Shown: positions 1-10,890 of the stretch, one piece after another | Position numbering within the stretch: the stretch's first letter is position 1 | Layout: each line of letters opens with the position of its first letter | Origin: Promethearchaeota archaeon | GTDB taxonomy: Archaea; Asgardarchaeota; Lokiarchaeia; Sigyniarchaeales; SOKP01 | Length of the DNA: 64,000 nt | Assembly: GCA_048937405.1 (NCBI GenBank) | Contig: JBHLNF010000001.1 | Span: forward strand, 384,001 to 448,000 | Direction of reading: 5' to 3' | Program-made: the position numbers and the translations under genes | Notes under the pieces: model-generated | What the model was told of the DNA's origin: nothing | What the model saw: the letters and a program-made list of their open reading frames with translations, nothing else | The model's database searches: none

Positions 1-613
1 TCGCTGTAAATTATATAATTAGAAAGGTAAAAAAAAATTAATATTAAAGCTAAAATAGTTGGATTTTAAATAATTCAAGTATGGAACTTGAATCTAATAC
101 GGAGAAAGCCTTGGAAATCATTAATGAGCTTGATTCTATACTAACAAATAATCCCAATTTATTACATTTTTTTATGCAAGTCGAATTCTATAAAGCTAAA
201 ATTTATTTAGTTGGATTCTAAAGCTTTCAATATAAAATTTTGATTTAGCTATTACTCCCCAACCTTATTAAATCAACGAGATAATTATTTTTTCCTTAAA
301 TTTCTTAGTAAATCAGACTTTGAATTAACCCTTCTTGTATAATTAACATTATAAAAAACTAGTAGTATAAAATTTTTTTCTAGCATAAAAAAAAAGAAAA
401 ATTCGAAAAATTAACAAAAGAAATCCTTAAGATCCAGAAAAAGGAAATTTAATGGTTTTTCTAAATTTTTAAAAATTCATATTATTAATTTGCAAAATTA
501 AGAAATATTATTCATACTATTTGTAAAGATCCTTTTTTCCCTTTTAGTTAAAATATATAAACATAAAGTGATATTCACTGTAATAAAAAACAATTAAATT
601 TGGTATCATCTTT

Positions 614-2542
614 TTGAATTTTAAAAATAACAAAGATTTTAGTTGTTTTAACCCTAATTTTAATTCTCCAAAAAATATTAGAGAAAAATGTATTGATGGA
701 ATTCAAAAATTTGGACAGAGAATAGAACAATCTAGAAAATTAGATGGTTGCATAAACAGTTCGATAAAAAAATCATTAAATCGTAATATTAACGTTTTTA
801 AACATTTGAAATTAAAAAAAGAGGAACTTCAAAACTATTTAGACTATTACATTGAAAAATATGCGAATATTTATTCAAATAGGTTTAAAACAATTGATTT
901 AAATAGAAATAGGGTTGAAAATCCTCAAGTTTATAATGAATTTGTACATAGGATAATAAAAAATGGACAGATCCCTTACATTGTTTATGAGATATGTGAT
1001 AATGAGACAGGATGGATTCGTGTAGGTTGGTCAAGTCATTCCCCAGATGAACGGATGAACTGGTATCTCCTTAGATCATTTTCTCCAAATCTTTCTGCAA
1101 ATATGGCTAATATTTATTATGAGATGGCAAAAATTGGATCAAAGAGAAAATGTTTAGCTCGTTTTGATATGAAAGTCAGATATGTATTTTCAACTAAAGG
1201 TGAAGCCCAAATAATGGAAGAATTCTTAACAATTTTTAGAAACCGTGCGGATAATCCTGATGGATATGATCTTACACTTAATAACGAATATAACAAGATA
1301 GTAGGGGACATATATAAAAGAGGTTTGCGTGGGAGTTTTCCTAAAGCTTCATTGAATCCAAAGTGGTGCGATGTACCTCCTATTCCTCTTGCTGATGCCA
1401 TATTAAACGGATCTGAAATGAATGAATTAGAATCTTTATTTGAGGTGAGTTCAAGAACTATTAGAAGGCGTTTTAGAGCTTATGGTTATGGAGTACGGGG
1501 GACTTATGATCTGATAGATGCACGAGCTTTTTTACTAAAACCTTATATTATTAAAGGAATTAAAAGAGCAATGTCGCAAGAAGAGTTTTTCAAGTTTTGT
1601 GAGAAAGAGGGTATTAATCTATTTAAGAATTTTAAATTTATAAAGAATAAGGAAAATTCTAGAGGTTCTTTTTTCCGTAGAATGTTAAAACAAATATGGA
1701 ATACTTCAAAACATAAGGAAGTACGGTATCAGGTAATTAGTGATTATATTATATCAGCTATTACTAAACCTGATATTACTCCTGGTGAAGCAGAATTTGA
1801 AGTTAGAAGAATAGTAGATTTTAAATACGAGAGAGAGTTTGCTCGAATTTGTAATCATGTATTTGGTCGAGATTTTGTTAAACAAAGAGATGAAATTTAT
1901 AAGCCAATAATTAGAAAATTAGCATTAAAATATCATAATCACCGAGATATTAACTTAAGAATTGCGATTGATTTAGGGATGTGTAAACGTTATGATCTAT
2001 TAAAATCAAGAAAAAATGCAGCTAGATGGATTGGACAATACATAAAAAGAAATTTTGGTGTTAGTGGAAAAAATTTACCAAATACCATAAATCCTAAAAT
2101 TCCTAAATTTAAATCAATCAAAGAACATATAAACGAGTATATGGAAGAAAATCCTATAGCCAGACCAAAAGAAGTTTATGAAAAATTCCCAAACTTTAAT
2201 CTTGAGACAATAAGACATGCCATAAAAGAATGGAAAAAAGATAATAAAGATAAGATAGAGAGATTTTCAAGCATATTAATTGAACAATACATAGATGAGA
2301 TGGATTTAGATAAAAATTTGGAAACAAAAGCTAAAAAAATTTTAGAAAGTTTCATAACTTCTAAGAAACCTCCATTAAATAGTGAATGGAAAGCTATTAT
2401 TGGTGGAGTAATATACTTTACCTCAAAATTGTTAGATTATGATATTTCTTATAATCAAATTGCAGAATATCTCAATGTTGACAGCCATACTATTAGTAAA
2501 AGATATAGAGAAATAGTCACTGAATTAAATTTAAGAACTTGA
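614..2542 (+). CDS. Large protein with GIY-YIG-like nuclease domain and C-terminal TFIIB (cyclin-fold) repeat
   Basis: YIVYEI...WIRVGWS...ERMNWY...EAQIMEE...GYDL resembles GIY-YIG; C-terminal KAKKIL...AIIGGVIYF...ISYNQIAEYLNVDSHTISKRYREI resembles a TFB repeat; TTG start. Confidence 0.65.
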   Translation: MNFKNNKDFSCFNPNFNSPKNIREKCIDGIQKFGQRIEQSRKLDGCINSSIKKSLNRNINVFKHLKLKKEELQNYLDYYIEKYANIYSNRFKTIDLNRNRVENPQVYNEFVHRIIKNGQIPYIVYEICDNETGWIRVGWSSHSPDERMNWYLLRSFSPNLSANMANIYYEMAKIGSKRKCLARFDMKVRYVFSTKGEAQIMEEFLTIFRNRADNPDGYDLTLNNEYNKIVGDIYKRGLRGSFPKASLNPKWCDVPPIPLADAILNGSEMNELESLFEVSSRTIRRRFRAYGYGVRGTYDLIDARAFLLKPYIIKGIKRAMSQEEFFKFCEKEGINLFKNFKFIKNKENSRGSFFRRMLKQIWNTSKHKEVRYQVISDYIISAITKPDITPGEAEFEVRRIVDFKYEREFARICNHVFGRDFVKQRDEIYKPIIRKLALKYHNHRDINLRIAIDLGMCKRYDLLKSRKNAARWIGQYIKRNFGVSGKNLPNTINPKIPKFKSIKEHINEYMEENPIARPKEVYEKFPNFNLETIRHAIKEWKKDNKDKIERFSSILIEQYIDEMDLDKNLETKAKKILESFITSKKPPLNSEWKAIIGGVIYFTSKLLDYDISYNQIAEYLNVDSHTISKRYREIVTELNLRT

Positions 2543-2628
2543 TTTTCTTTTTCTTTAAAAGCATAATTGTTTTAGGACTAGAATCATTATATTCTGTATT
2601 ATTTTATACTCACCTAGAAGATAATATC

Positions 2629-5628
2629 ATGCTTACTGAGGAAATGGTAAATAATTTAAAAGAATGTAAAACAGATAAAGATCTTAAAAGAGAGTTTAAA
2701 AAAATTGCTTCAAAGGACCCTGAGAAATACTTCCCTACTAAGGAATTGAAGCAATTAGGTTATATGAGAAAACAATGTAACTGCTGTGGCACTTATTTCT
2801 GGACTGTATTAAAAGAAAGAACTGTCTGTGGCGACCCTGTTTGTGCAGGGGGATTCCAAGTCACGAAAAATAATCCAATAAAAGTAAAATTGTCTTATAT
2901 AGGTGTTTGGGAGAAATTTGTCGAAGTCCTTGAACCAAGAGGGTATAAACCTATAAAAAGATACCCTTGTGTTGCTAGATGGAATCCTACATCAGAATTC
3001 ACGATAGCATCAATTTCAGCATTTCAACCTTATGTTATTACTGGTGAAGTTGAACCTCCTGCAAAAAAACTGATTATTCCTCAGTTTTGTCTAAGATTCA
3101 ATGATATTGAAAACGTAGGACTTACAGGTTCGCATGCTTCAGGCTTCACAATGATAGGACAGCATACATTTGTATCCCCTGAAGAATGGAACCAAAGTCA
3201 ACTTTTTATGGATATACATGATTTTATTCATAAAGGTGTGGGGTTACCAAAAGAAGAAATAACAATTCATGAGGACTCATGGGCAGGTGGTGGTTCTTTT
3301 GGTTGCAGTTTAGAATTTTTCAGTAGAGGTGTAGAACTTTTTAATCAAGTGTATACTATGTTTGAGCAAACTCCTGAGGGTCCACGAGAACTTAAGCTTA
3401 AAGTTCTTGATATGGGGTTGGGTCAAGAACGCGTGGCATGGTTTTCCCAAGGTACACCAAATATGTACGAGGCTATTTTTCCATTAGTATTATCAAAGTT
3501 AAGAGAAATTACTAAAATCGAGTTAGATTTAGAATTATATAACAAATTTTCAGAGTTTTCAGCGTATTTAAATATAGATGAAGTCGATAATATGGACGAA
3601 GCGTGGCAGAGAGTAGCTAAAAAATTAAGCATTAATGTTGAAGAATTACAAGATAAGATCCTACCTATGACTGGTCTCTATTCTATTGCTGATCATGCTC
3701 GAACCTTATTATTCGCCATTAATGATGGAAAATTACCTTCTAATGTAGGAGGAGGATATAACTTAAGAGTAATATTTAGACGTGCTATCAGTTTTATTGA
3801 TCACTTCAATTGGGACATTAATATTGCTGATATTTGTGAATGGCATGCCAGAGAACTAAAGAATATATTTCCAGAAGTATCAGATCATTTAGTTGAAATA
3901 AGAGAAGTTCTTGATGTTGAAAAAGAAAAATTTTATGCAACCAAGAAAAAAGCAGGAAAAATTCTAGAAAGAGAATTAAAAAAAGGTGAGTTATCAACTG
4001 AAATTCTCATAGAGCTGTATGATTCTAACGGCATTAGTCCTGATATGGTAAAAACAGCAGCTAAAAAGTTTGGTGTAAAAGTGAAAATTCCAGCTGATTT
4101 CTATAGTTTAGTTGTCAAACGACATGAAAAATCTGAACAAGTTCATGCTACAGGAAAAGAAATTGAATTAGATCTAAGTGATATTCCTGAAACAAAATCT
4201 CTTTATTATTATGACTATACTAAAACTTCTAATAAAGCAAAAGTCTTAAAAATTATTGACAAAATGGTCGTATTAGATAAAACAGTAGTTTATCCTACTT
4301 CTGGAGGGCAACTTCATGATATTGGAAAAATCAATGGACAAAAATTCTCTGATGCCTTTAAACAAGGAAATTATACAATTCATGTCCTAGATGAAAAACC
4401 TTTTTTTAAGGAGGGAGATACCGTTAAAGTTGAAGTTGATAAGGATTGGCGTACTCAACTCTCCCAACATCACACTGCTACCCATATTGTAAATGCTGCA
4501 GCTCGAGAGGTTTTAGGAAGCCATGTGAATCAAGCAGGAGCAAAAAAAACACTAAAAAATTCTCACTTGGACATAACCCATTATGAACAAATTCCAAGAG
4601 ATAAATTGCTGGAAATTGAAATGAAAGCAAATAAAATAGTTGAGAAAAGAATAGCTGTTCATTTAGATTTTATACCTCGCAGTGAAGCAGAAAAGAAATA
4701 TGGTATGACAATATATCAGGGAGGAGTCGTCCCTGGAAAAAATCTGAGAATTGTTGAGATACCAGGTGTAGATGTAGAGGCTTGTGGAGGTACACATCTG
4801 AATAATACTTCAGAAACAGGATATATTCATATTACTAAATCACAAAAGATACAAGATGGGATTGTCAGACTTACATTTGTGGCTGGAGAAGCAACAAATA
4901 AGCTAAAAAACACACACACACATATACTTGAAATATTAAAAACCATTTTACATGTTGAACGTAAGTTGCTTGTTGGACGTGTAACAGAATTACTTGAAAA
5001 ATGGAAAAATATCAATAAAGCGTTGAAAACTGGTAATATAGATGAGGATGATTTGCATTTAACCTCTACTGAAATATTTGAAGGTGATGTACTATCAGAG
5101 ATTTCTCAAATACTTGGAACTAAAAAAGTCGATGTACCTTCTAAAACTCAAAAGTTAATGGAGGAATGGAAAGAAAATAAACAAAAATTACATCAGAAAG
5201 ATATTGGTATTTATTTAAGTAAATCATTTGCAGAGAATTTGTATGATAAAACTGAACAACATGAACCATATACCTTCATTTATCATACCTTTAACGATAT
5301 AGCTCAAAAAGATTTAAACAATATAAGCTCAAACGTTCAAAAATATGTGAATAAACCTACTGTTAATTGGTTTTTTGATAAAACTCAAAAAGGAACATAT
5401 GTTGTTGGAATGATGTCTCCAGAAATTGCTGAAAACACTGATATTAGTTTAAATAAATTTATAAGCGAAGAACTACAAGATTATGAATTTAAAGGAGGGG
5501 GTAGAGATACTTTTGTATCTGGATATATAAGTAATGAACAAGGAAAAACTAATACTGTTGCAAATCGTTTTGAAGCAAGCTTTAATAAATATATTGAAAA
5601 AAAAATTAAGAAGAAAAAAAGTAGCTGA
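2629..5628 (+). CDS. alaS: Alanine--tRNA ligase, archaeal type
   Basis: RYPCVARW, FTIASISAFQP, DMGLGQER, HHTATH editing motif, ACGGTH; start moved to ATG 2629 because the track's TTG at 2539 gives a non-homologous extension. Confidence 0.97.
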   Translation: MLTEEMVNNLKECKTDKDLKREFKKIASKDPEKYFPTKELKQLGYMRKQCNCCGTYFWTVLKERTVCGDPVCAGGFQVTKNNPIKVKLSYIGVWEKFVEVLEPRGYKPIKRYPCVARWNPTSEFTIASISAFQPYVITGEVEPPAKKLIIPQFCLRFNDIENVGLTGSHASGFTMIGQHTFVSPEEWNQSQLFMDIHDFIHKGVGLPKEEITIHEDSWAGGGSFGCSLEFFSRGVELFNQVYTMFEQTPEGPRELKLKVLDMGLGQERVAWFSQGTPNMYEAIFPLVLSKLREITKIELDLELYNKFSEFSAYLNIDEVDNMDEAWQRVAKKLSINVEELQDKILPMTGLYSIADHARTLLFAINDGKLPSNVGGGYNLRVIFRRAISFIDHFNWDINIADICEWHARELKNIFPEVSDHLVEIREVLDVEKEKFYATKKKAGKILERELKKGELSTEILIELYDSNGISPDMVKTAAKKFGVKVKIPADFYSLVVKRHEKSEQVHATGKEIELDLSDIPETKSLYYYDYTKTSNKAKVLKIIDKMVVLDKTVVYPTSGGQLHDIGKINGQKFSDAFKQGNYTIHVLDEKPFFKEGDTVKVEVDKDWRTQLSQHHTATHIVNAAAREVLGSHVNQAGAKKTLKNSHLDITHYEQIPRDKLLEIEMKANKIVEKRIAVHLDFIPRSEAEKKYGMTIYQGGVVPGKNLRIVEIPGVDVEACGGTHLNNTSETGYIHITKSQKIQDGIVRLTFVAGEATNKLKNTHTHILEILKTILHVERKLLVGRVTELLEKWKNINKALKTGNIDEDDLHLTSTEIFEGDVLSEISQILGTKKVDVPSKTQKLMEEWKENKQKLHQKDIGIYLSKSFAENLYDKTEQHEPYTFIYHTFNDIAQKDLNNISSNVQKYVNKPTVNWFFDKTQKGTYVVGMMSPEIAENTDISLNKFISEELQDYEFKGGGRDTFVSGYISNEQGKTNTVANRFEASFNKYIEKKIKKKKSS

Positions 5629-5700
5629 TTAATCCACTTAGTTAAATATCGAAAAAATTAAAAAATACTTCAAAATATAATTAAATCTTTAGTATTAACA

Positions 5701-6270
5701 TTATTCTTCTCTAATGATTAAATAGAGAGATTCATTACGAATAAACGCTTCAACAAAACAACTCCAATTATCTTTCAAAACTTTCTCAAAATATTTTGCC
5801 CAAAACTCGCTATAATCTTTTGTTAAATCATGATTAAATCTCATTTGATATGTACCTTTATCGTTCTTCTCTAATTCTATATTGTAAAAATAATTGGCTG
5901 CTTGCCACATCCCCTTAAGTCCATTTAGAAATTCTTCAAATGTCATGATTTCTATCCTTTTCCCTAGATACCATTCAATTGATTCAACGGCAATATTTTT
6001 TGTGAAAACATCCTCAACCTTACCAGTGATATAGTTAAGATATGTTGTTTTTCCAACTAAAAGCATATTTAATTCATCTCTAGCTCTACACCATATACTT
6101 CTTTGATCTTGTAATTTTGGTTCTTTAAATTTTTTTAATGATTTAATTGCGGCGTCTACAACAGCAGATTTTGAACCAAATTCTTCTTGATATTGCTGTA
6201 AAATTTTATAAGATTCATGCGAAACGGTCGCATGAACAGATTTTTTGTAATCTCTTTTCTCTTTTGACAT
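5701..6270 (-). CDS. Ribbon-helix-helix-type regulator with C-terminal sensor-like domain
   Basis: N-terminal KSVHATVSHESYKIL...SKSAVVDAAI has a strand-helix-helix pattern. Confidence 0.6.
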   Translation of the reverse strand: MSKEKRDYKKSVHATVSHESYKILQQYQEEFGSKSAVVDAAIKSLKKFKEPKLQDQRSIWCRARDELNMLLVGKTTYLNYITGKVEDVFTKNIAVESIEWYLGKRIEIMTFEEFLNGLKGMWQAANYFYNIELEKNDKGTYQMRFNHDLTKDYSEFWAKYFEKVLKDNWSCFVEAFIRNESLYLIIREE

Positions 6271-6300
6271 GATTTTGATAATATAATAAGTAATATATTT

Positions 6301-6323
6301 TTATGACATATATAATGTCATAA
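6301..6323. promoter_or_regulatory. Inverted-repeat operator TTATGACAT-N5-ATGTCATAA
   Basis: Perfect 9-bp inverted repeat between divergent genes; further TGACAT half-sites near 6348 and 6369. Confidence 0.65.
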
Positions 6324-6398
6324 TCTAACATAATATTTAAATATTAATGACATTTCATAAAATATATCTGACATATTTATTTTATATTTTCTAAGGCA

Positions 6399-6584
6399 AT
6401 GAAAACTACAATGAATACAGATAAGATAGGTTTTAATGAATTAGAGAAGAAAAATATAAAATTACCATCTTGTTATGGTAATTTTAATAATATGTCTGCT
6501 ATTTGTCAGAAATGTGCAATAAAAGCCCAATGTAAAAAAATTCCCCCTCCAAATGATGTTGATTGGTGTTGTAATCCCCCTTAA
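6399..6584 (+). CDS. Small Cys-rich protein (61 aa)
   Basis: PSCYG...CQKC...C...WCCNPP; ATG start, directly upstream of a PLP enzyme gene. Confidence 0.6.
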   Translation: MKTTMNTDKIGFNELEKKNIKLPSCYGNFNNMSAICQKCAIKAQCKKIPPPNDVDWCCNPP

Positions 6585-6620
6585 CTATTTAATAATAAAA
6601 ATACTATAGTGAAGTGATTT

Positions 6621-7796
6621 ATGGAACAAGAAGTCTATGAAAGTTATATTGGTGGATATAAATGGAGATCAAGTGATAAAATATATTACAAATTAACTGG
6701 AAGAAAAATTAATTCCAAATATTTTCCAACCATTCCAGTTTCTGTCAGTTATTTACCTGATCTAATACCCAATAAAAATCTATTTGGTTTGTTTTGGAGC
6801 ACTCCAACTTTCAAAGATACTGATTGTCAATACTTATTTCATGTTTATGATGAGTATGATATCGATATTGTTATCTCAACGTCTTCTGGAAATACAGTTG
6901 AAAGTATGGCCAACGTTATAAAAAGGTATAATCAAGAATCAAAAAAAAAAATTAAAGCTATTCTGTTAGTTCCGGAAATTTCTTCATTTAAAGTTTCTAA
7001 AAATGCTATTGAGAATAACCCTTATGTTTATTACATTGTTTTAAAAAATTCAACTTTAGATAGTATAAGAGAATTTGCTAGTAAACTTAAAGAAAAATTG
7101 TTAGAAAGGTTTAATGTAATTTTGGCGGACGCAAATTTAAAAACAGCTGCATACAGTCAAGTTGGTTTTGTATTAGATCACATGAATCTCTTAAATGATG
7201 ATGTGTGTTTTGTTCAGACAGTATCAGGAGGGGTTTGTCCTGCTGGAGTGATTGAATATGCTTCATTATATGATATTAATCCTGAATTTTTAGTAGTTCA
7301 ACCTTTTGATAGTAAGACTACTCCAATAATCGATGCTCTAAATGAACATTCAGTAGGTCACGATCCATTTGAAATTTTTAAGAAACAGAATTATGAAACT
7401 TCCAATATTGAGACCACATTAGGTAGTACTAAACCGCTATACGCGATTGAAAAATTTATTCAATGGAGAGAACATGGAGGAAAAGTTCTCGCTGCCAAAA
7501 TTTCCCAAGAAGAACTTTGCAATCAAAAAAACAAAGTTTTAAAATTACTAGTTGATGTAGGAATATATCCTACAATTGATCTAGCTTTAAAATTTTTCGA
7601 ATTGGAAAAGAGTGGAATAATAGCATTCATTGGAGCGATTAAATCTGCTAAAAAAATAAATTCAAATAATATAATCGTAAATTTTACAGGAAGATATCCT
7701 GAAAAAAATTCCTTTTTTCCAAGTTCTGCTACTCCTCATATTTTGTATAATCCAGAACAAGGGATAGAACACTTAATTACAATGTTGAATATTTAA
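6621..7796 (+). CDS. PLP-dependent enzyme, fold type II (threonine synthase-like)
   Basis: TPTFKD lysine motif, STSSGNT, VSGG loop, EKSG, VNFTG. Confidence 0.7.
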   Translation: MEQEVYESYIGGYKWRSSDKIYYKLTGRKINSKYFPTIPVSVSYLPDLIPNKNLFGLFWSTPTFKDTDCQYLFHVYDEYDIDIVISTSSGNTVESMANVIKRYNQESKKKIKAILLVPEISSFKVSKNAIENNPYVYYIVLKNSTLDSIREFASKLKEKLLERFNVILADANLKTAAYSQVGFVLDHMNLLNDDVCFVQTVSGGVCPAGVIEYASLYDINPEFLVVQPFDSKTTPIIDALNEHSVGHDPFEIFKKQNYETSNIETTLGSTKPLYAIEKFIQWREHGGKVLAAKISQEELCNQKNKVLKLLVDVGIYPTIDLALKFFELEKSGIIAFIGAIKSAKKINSNNIIVNFTGRYPEKNSFFPSSATPHILYNPEQGIEHLITMLNI

Positions 7797-8003
7797 ATAT
7801 GTAATTTCATAAGTTCTCTTATTTTTATACTTCTATCGATTCTTTTCGTCTATATAGACTATATATACCTTATATAATATGATGAGAGTACTTATAAATC
7901 AAAAGTATTTAACTTTAATTAAAGTGAAAAAAGTCACTATATATTGATAATGTTTAATCAAATTCTATTCATATTAATAGATCAAAAAGATGATTACTTA
8001 AAA

Positions 8004-8120
8004 ATGAAACAAAAAGTGGCTCAAACACCTCTAGAAAAATCAATTGATAATATTCTTGAAAGAATTGATAAAGATATTAAAAAGATAATCAACCTAAATC
8101 AAATTGAATATAAATTATAA
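8004..8120 (+). CDS. Small hypothetical protein (MKQKVAQTPLEKSID...)
   Basis: Short open frame read by hand (could start at 7950); no homology recognised. Confidence 0.3.
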   Translation: MKQKVAQTPLEKSIDNILERIDKDIKKIINLNQIEYKL

Positions 8121-8145
8121 AAATACAAATTTTGAGGAAAAAAAT

Positions 8146-8328
8146 ATGAAAACTGTATATAAAGAGTTTTGCTGTCCAGAATGTGGAGAATTACGCTATA
8201 TAAATGTTAATGGTATTTGTTTTAACTGCAAAACTGAAAAAACTCTTACCTTCTTAGCAGAACAACGTAAATTGCAGCAAAATCTCGAACCAGTAAATCA
8301 TATCATCAATAATAATAATTATACTTAA
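8146..8328 (+). CDS. Small zinc-ribbon protein
   Basis: CPEC...CFNC; GAGG upstream of ATG 8146. Confidence 0.6.
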   Translation: MKTVYKEFCCPECGELRYINVNGICFNCKTEKTLTFLAEQRKLQQNLEPVNHIINNNNYT

Positions 8329-8494
8329 ATTCTTATTATGTTGGTATATCTAAATTTTTTATAAACCGATCTTTTTTTTAGGTAAATTTTTTATTTGCAT
8401 CAAAAACATTTTAAATATTTTGCAAATTATTAAATTTATAAATTATTGAAATTCTCTCTTAGAAATTAACATTTGTATGAGGAGATACTGAAGA

Positions 8495-9316
8495 TTGGTA
8501 GAAATTATACAAATTAGCGATTTACATTACGGAAGTGAGTTCCGAGAAGATTGTTTTGAGAATATCATTAGTTATATTGCAGAAAATAATCCTGATATTG
8601 TAATTTGCACTGGGGACATTGTGCATAAAGGAAGGGTAAAACAATTTAAAGAAGTTCTTAAATACATTAATCGAATTAAAGATATTACTAATTTTATGGC
8701 AGTTCCAGGAAATCACGATGCTAAGAATTCAGGACTTATATTTTTTGAGAAAATAATTGGACCTCGGCGAACTAAATTAATTTTAGAAGAAAAAGATGCC
8801 TTAATAGTAGGTGTTTGTTCCGCTAGAGATGATCTCGCATATGGAGAAATCGGCGATGAGCAACTAGATTGGATTGGAAGATGTTTTGACCGTAATTTAG
8901 AGGATCGAGTCATAGCACTGCATCACCATTTGATTCCAATTCCAATGTCTGGACAAAAATTCACAACTGTCCGGGATGCTGGAGAAATCTTAGAATTTAC
9001 AAATTTATTTGAGGTAGATTTAGTATTAATGGGCCATCGGCATGTTCCTCACGCTTATACAATTTCTTGGAAGAACTCTTCAAGTACAACTTTTCTTTAT
9101 AGTGGGACTTCAACTTCAAATAAGGTTCGTGCTGATGATTCTCCTAGTTTTAATCATATTTTTCTTAGTAAGGGTGACTTAGAAGTTTATATAGTTAATT
9201 CAATCAATCTTAAAAAGAGTCTATTATTAGAACGTAAGGAGCATCATACGGAATTTATAAGACCTAGGAAAACTAGGATTGAGCATCTATTAGCATCTGA
9301 AGTATGGGATGAGTAA
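8495..9316 (+). CDS. Metallophosphoesterase (calcineurin-like, Icc/CpdA type)
   Basis: DLH, GD, PGNHD, HHH, GHRH motifs. Confidence 0.92.
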   Translation: MVEIIQISDLHYGSEFREDCFENIISYIAENNPDIVICTGDIVHKGRVKQFKEVLKYINRIKDITNFMAVPGNHDAKNSGLIFFEKIIGPRRTKLILEEKDALIVGVCSARDDLAYGEIGDEQLDWIGRCFDRNLEDRVIALHHHLIPIPMSGQKFTTVRDAGEILEFTNLFEVDLVLMGHRHVPHAYTISWKNSSSTTFLYSGTSTSNKVRADDSPSFNHIFLSKGDLEVYIVNSINLKKSLLLERKEHHTEFIRPRKTRIEHLLASEVWDE

Positions 9317-9746
9317 TATGGTTAAACCAGAAACTCCTTTATTAACTACTGATGCCGTTATTTTGATTAATAATAAAAAAGATTTAATTTTAATTAGAAG
9401 AAAAAATCCCCCTTTTCAAGGTGAGCTAGCATTACCAGGAGGATTTGTAGACATTGGTGAAACCGTTGAACAAGCATGTATCCGTGAAGCAAAAGAAGAA
9501 ACAAATATCAACATAAAAATCATTAAATTAATAGGTCAATTTTCTGATCCTAAGCGAGATCCAAGAGGTCATACTGTTTCTATTGCTTTTTTATGTGAAC
9601 CAAAAACGAAAAATGAAAAACCAAAAGCTAAAGATGATGCAGCTGCTTTAGAAACTATCCCTTTATCAAAAATATCTTCTTTAAAATTAGCTTTCGATCA
9701 TATGAAAATTATTGAAAGTTCAGGAATTTTAAACAATCTTAATTAA
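9309..9746 (+). CDS. NUDIX hydrolase (ADP-ribose pyrophosphatase-like)
   Basis: GGFVDIGETVEQACIREAKEETN Nudix box, RDPR, LAFDH. Confidence 0.93.
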   Translation: MSNMVKPETPLLTTDAVILINNKKDLILIRRKNPPFQGELALPGGFVDIGETVEQACIREAKEETNINIKIIKLIGQFSDPKRDPRGHTVSIAFLCEPKTKNEKPKAKDDAAALETIPLSKISSLKLAFDHMKIIESSGILNNLN

Positions 9747-9751
9747 TATTA

Positions 9752-10141
9752 TTACATCTTTTCCTTAATTTCATATAGATTATGAAATGAATCTTTAATC
9801 CAAAGATAATAACCATTCCCTTCTTGTCTTGAAACTTTAATTATCTCATATCCCATCGAAATTGCTTTATCAACGAACTCATCTCGATTATCAATTAATA
9901 TACATGAATGAGTAAAAATATCAGTTGCCTTACTATTATCCTCAGTTATAAATACTTCAAAAGACAAGTCTTCATTTTTATATAGAATAAATTCATGTTC
10001 TCTTTTAACTCCAAAAAAGGATTTCATTAATTCAGCTGAAACTGTTTTAGTTCTTACTTTTTTCATCCCAAGTAGTTTAATGAAAAATTTATCAGCTTCT
10101 TCTTCTGAATTATATCCGATTGCAATGTGTTCTATTTTCAT
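9752..10141 (-). CDS. VOC/glyoxalase-family protein
   Basis: MKIEHIAI...FFIKLLG...H...WIKDSFHNLYEI; start trimmed to 10141. Confidence 0.8.
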   Translation of the reverse strand: MKIEHIAIGYNSEEEADKFFIKLLGMKKVRTKTVSAELMKSFFGVKREHEFILYKNEDLSFEVFITEDNSKATDIFTHSCILIDNRDEFVDKAISMGYEIIKVSRQEGNGYYLWIKDSFHNLYEIKEKM

Positions 10142-10267
10142 TTCTTTCTTCTGTTTTAAAACTATTTTGATATATAAATAACTAATATATTTATTTAAGT
10201 TAATCATTGTTTAAGTTAGTTAATTACATCTTTTTTAAATTGAATCTTAAAAATAGGTGAAAATGAA

Positions 10268-10711
10268 ATGGATCCTAATAGGATTGTAAGAATAATCGCT
10301 GGAAGTTTGTGTTTAATTATTGCAATATTACGGATTGTGTTTTTCTTTTTTGATTTAAACGGAGCAATTGTATATTCTGCTATCTTTATTGATTTCAACG
10401 AAGCTGTAAATCTAATTGAAGGATTACTAATGCTTATTTTTGCATTTATAATGACAATCATTTTAACTATAATTGCCGTTATAATTCATGTTGTTTTGGG
10501 TATACTCCAAATTGCGTTAAGTAAATTTAAAACAGCTACTATTATATGTAATTTTTTCATTACTCTAAACATTCTATTATCTATTCGAGCTATTATGATA
10601 TATGCAAGTGTTGATGAATTTAGTATATTATTAGCAACGCTATTCACATTCTATATAATCCTTTTCTCACTTTGTATAGTATCATATTGGAAATTCATAA
10701 AAAAAGATTAA
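10268..10711 (+). CDS. Membrane protein, about 4 TM
   Basis: Hydrophobic segments; AGGTGA ribosome-binding site upstream. Confidence 0.75.
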   Translation: MDPNRIVRIIAGSLCLIIAILRIVFFFFDLNGAIVYSAIFIDFNEAVNLIEGLLMLIFAFIMTIILTIIAVIIHVVLGILQIALSKFKTATIICNFFITLNILLSIRAIMIYASVDEFSILLATLFTFYIILFSLCIVSYWKFIKKD

Positions 10712-10890
10712 AAGAAGAACTCTAATAAAATATCAGTGTTTCGTTGAATATAAGTTAAAGTTTTGGAATTTAACAATTGTAGTTTAAATAAATTCATATT
10801 TGAATTTTTGTTTAAAATTTAAAAATATTTCAGTTCTATTATTATTAATAAAAGAAAAAAAAATTGAGTAAACGTTAAGATATTTAGAGG

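Noticed and set aside
81-221. 46-aa ORF MELESNTEKALEII...
   Set aside because: Short, no recognisable family and near the window edge; may be a gene remnant.
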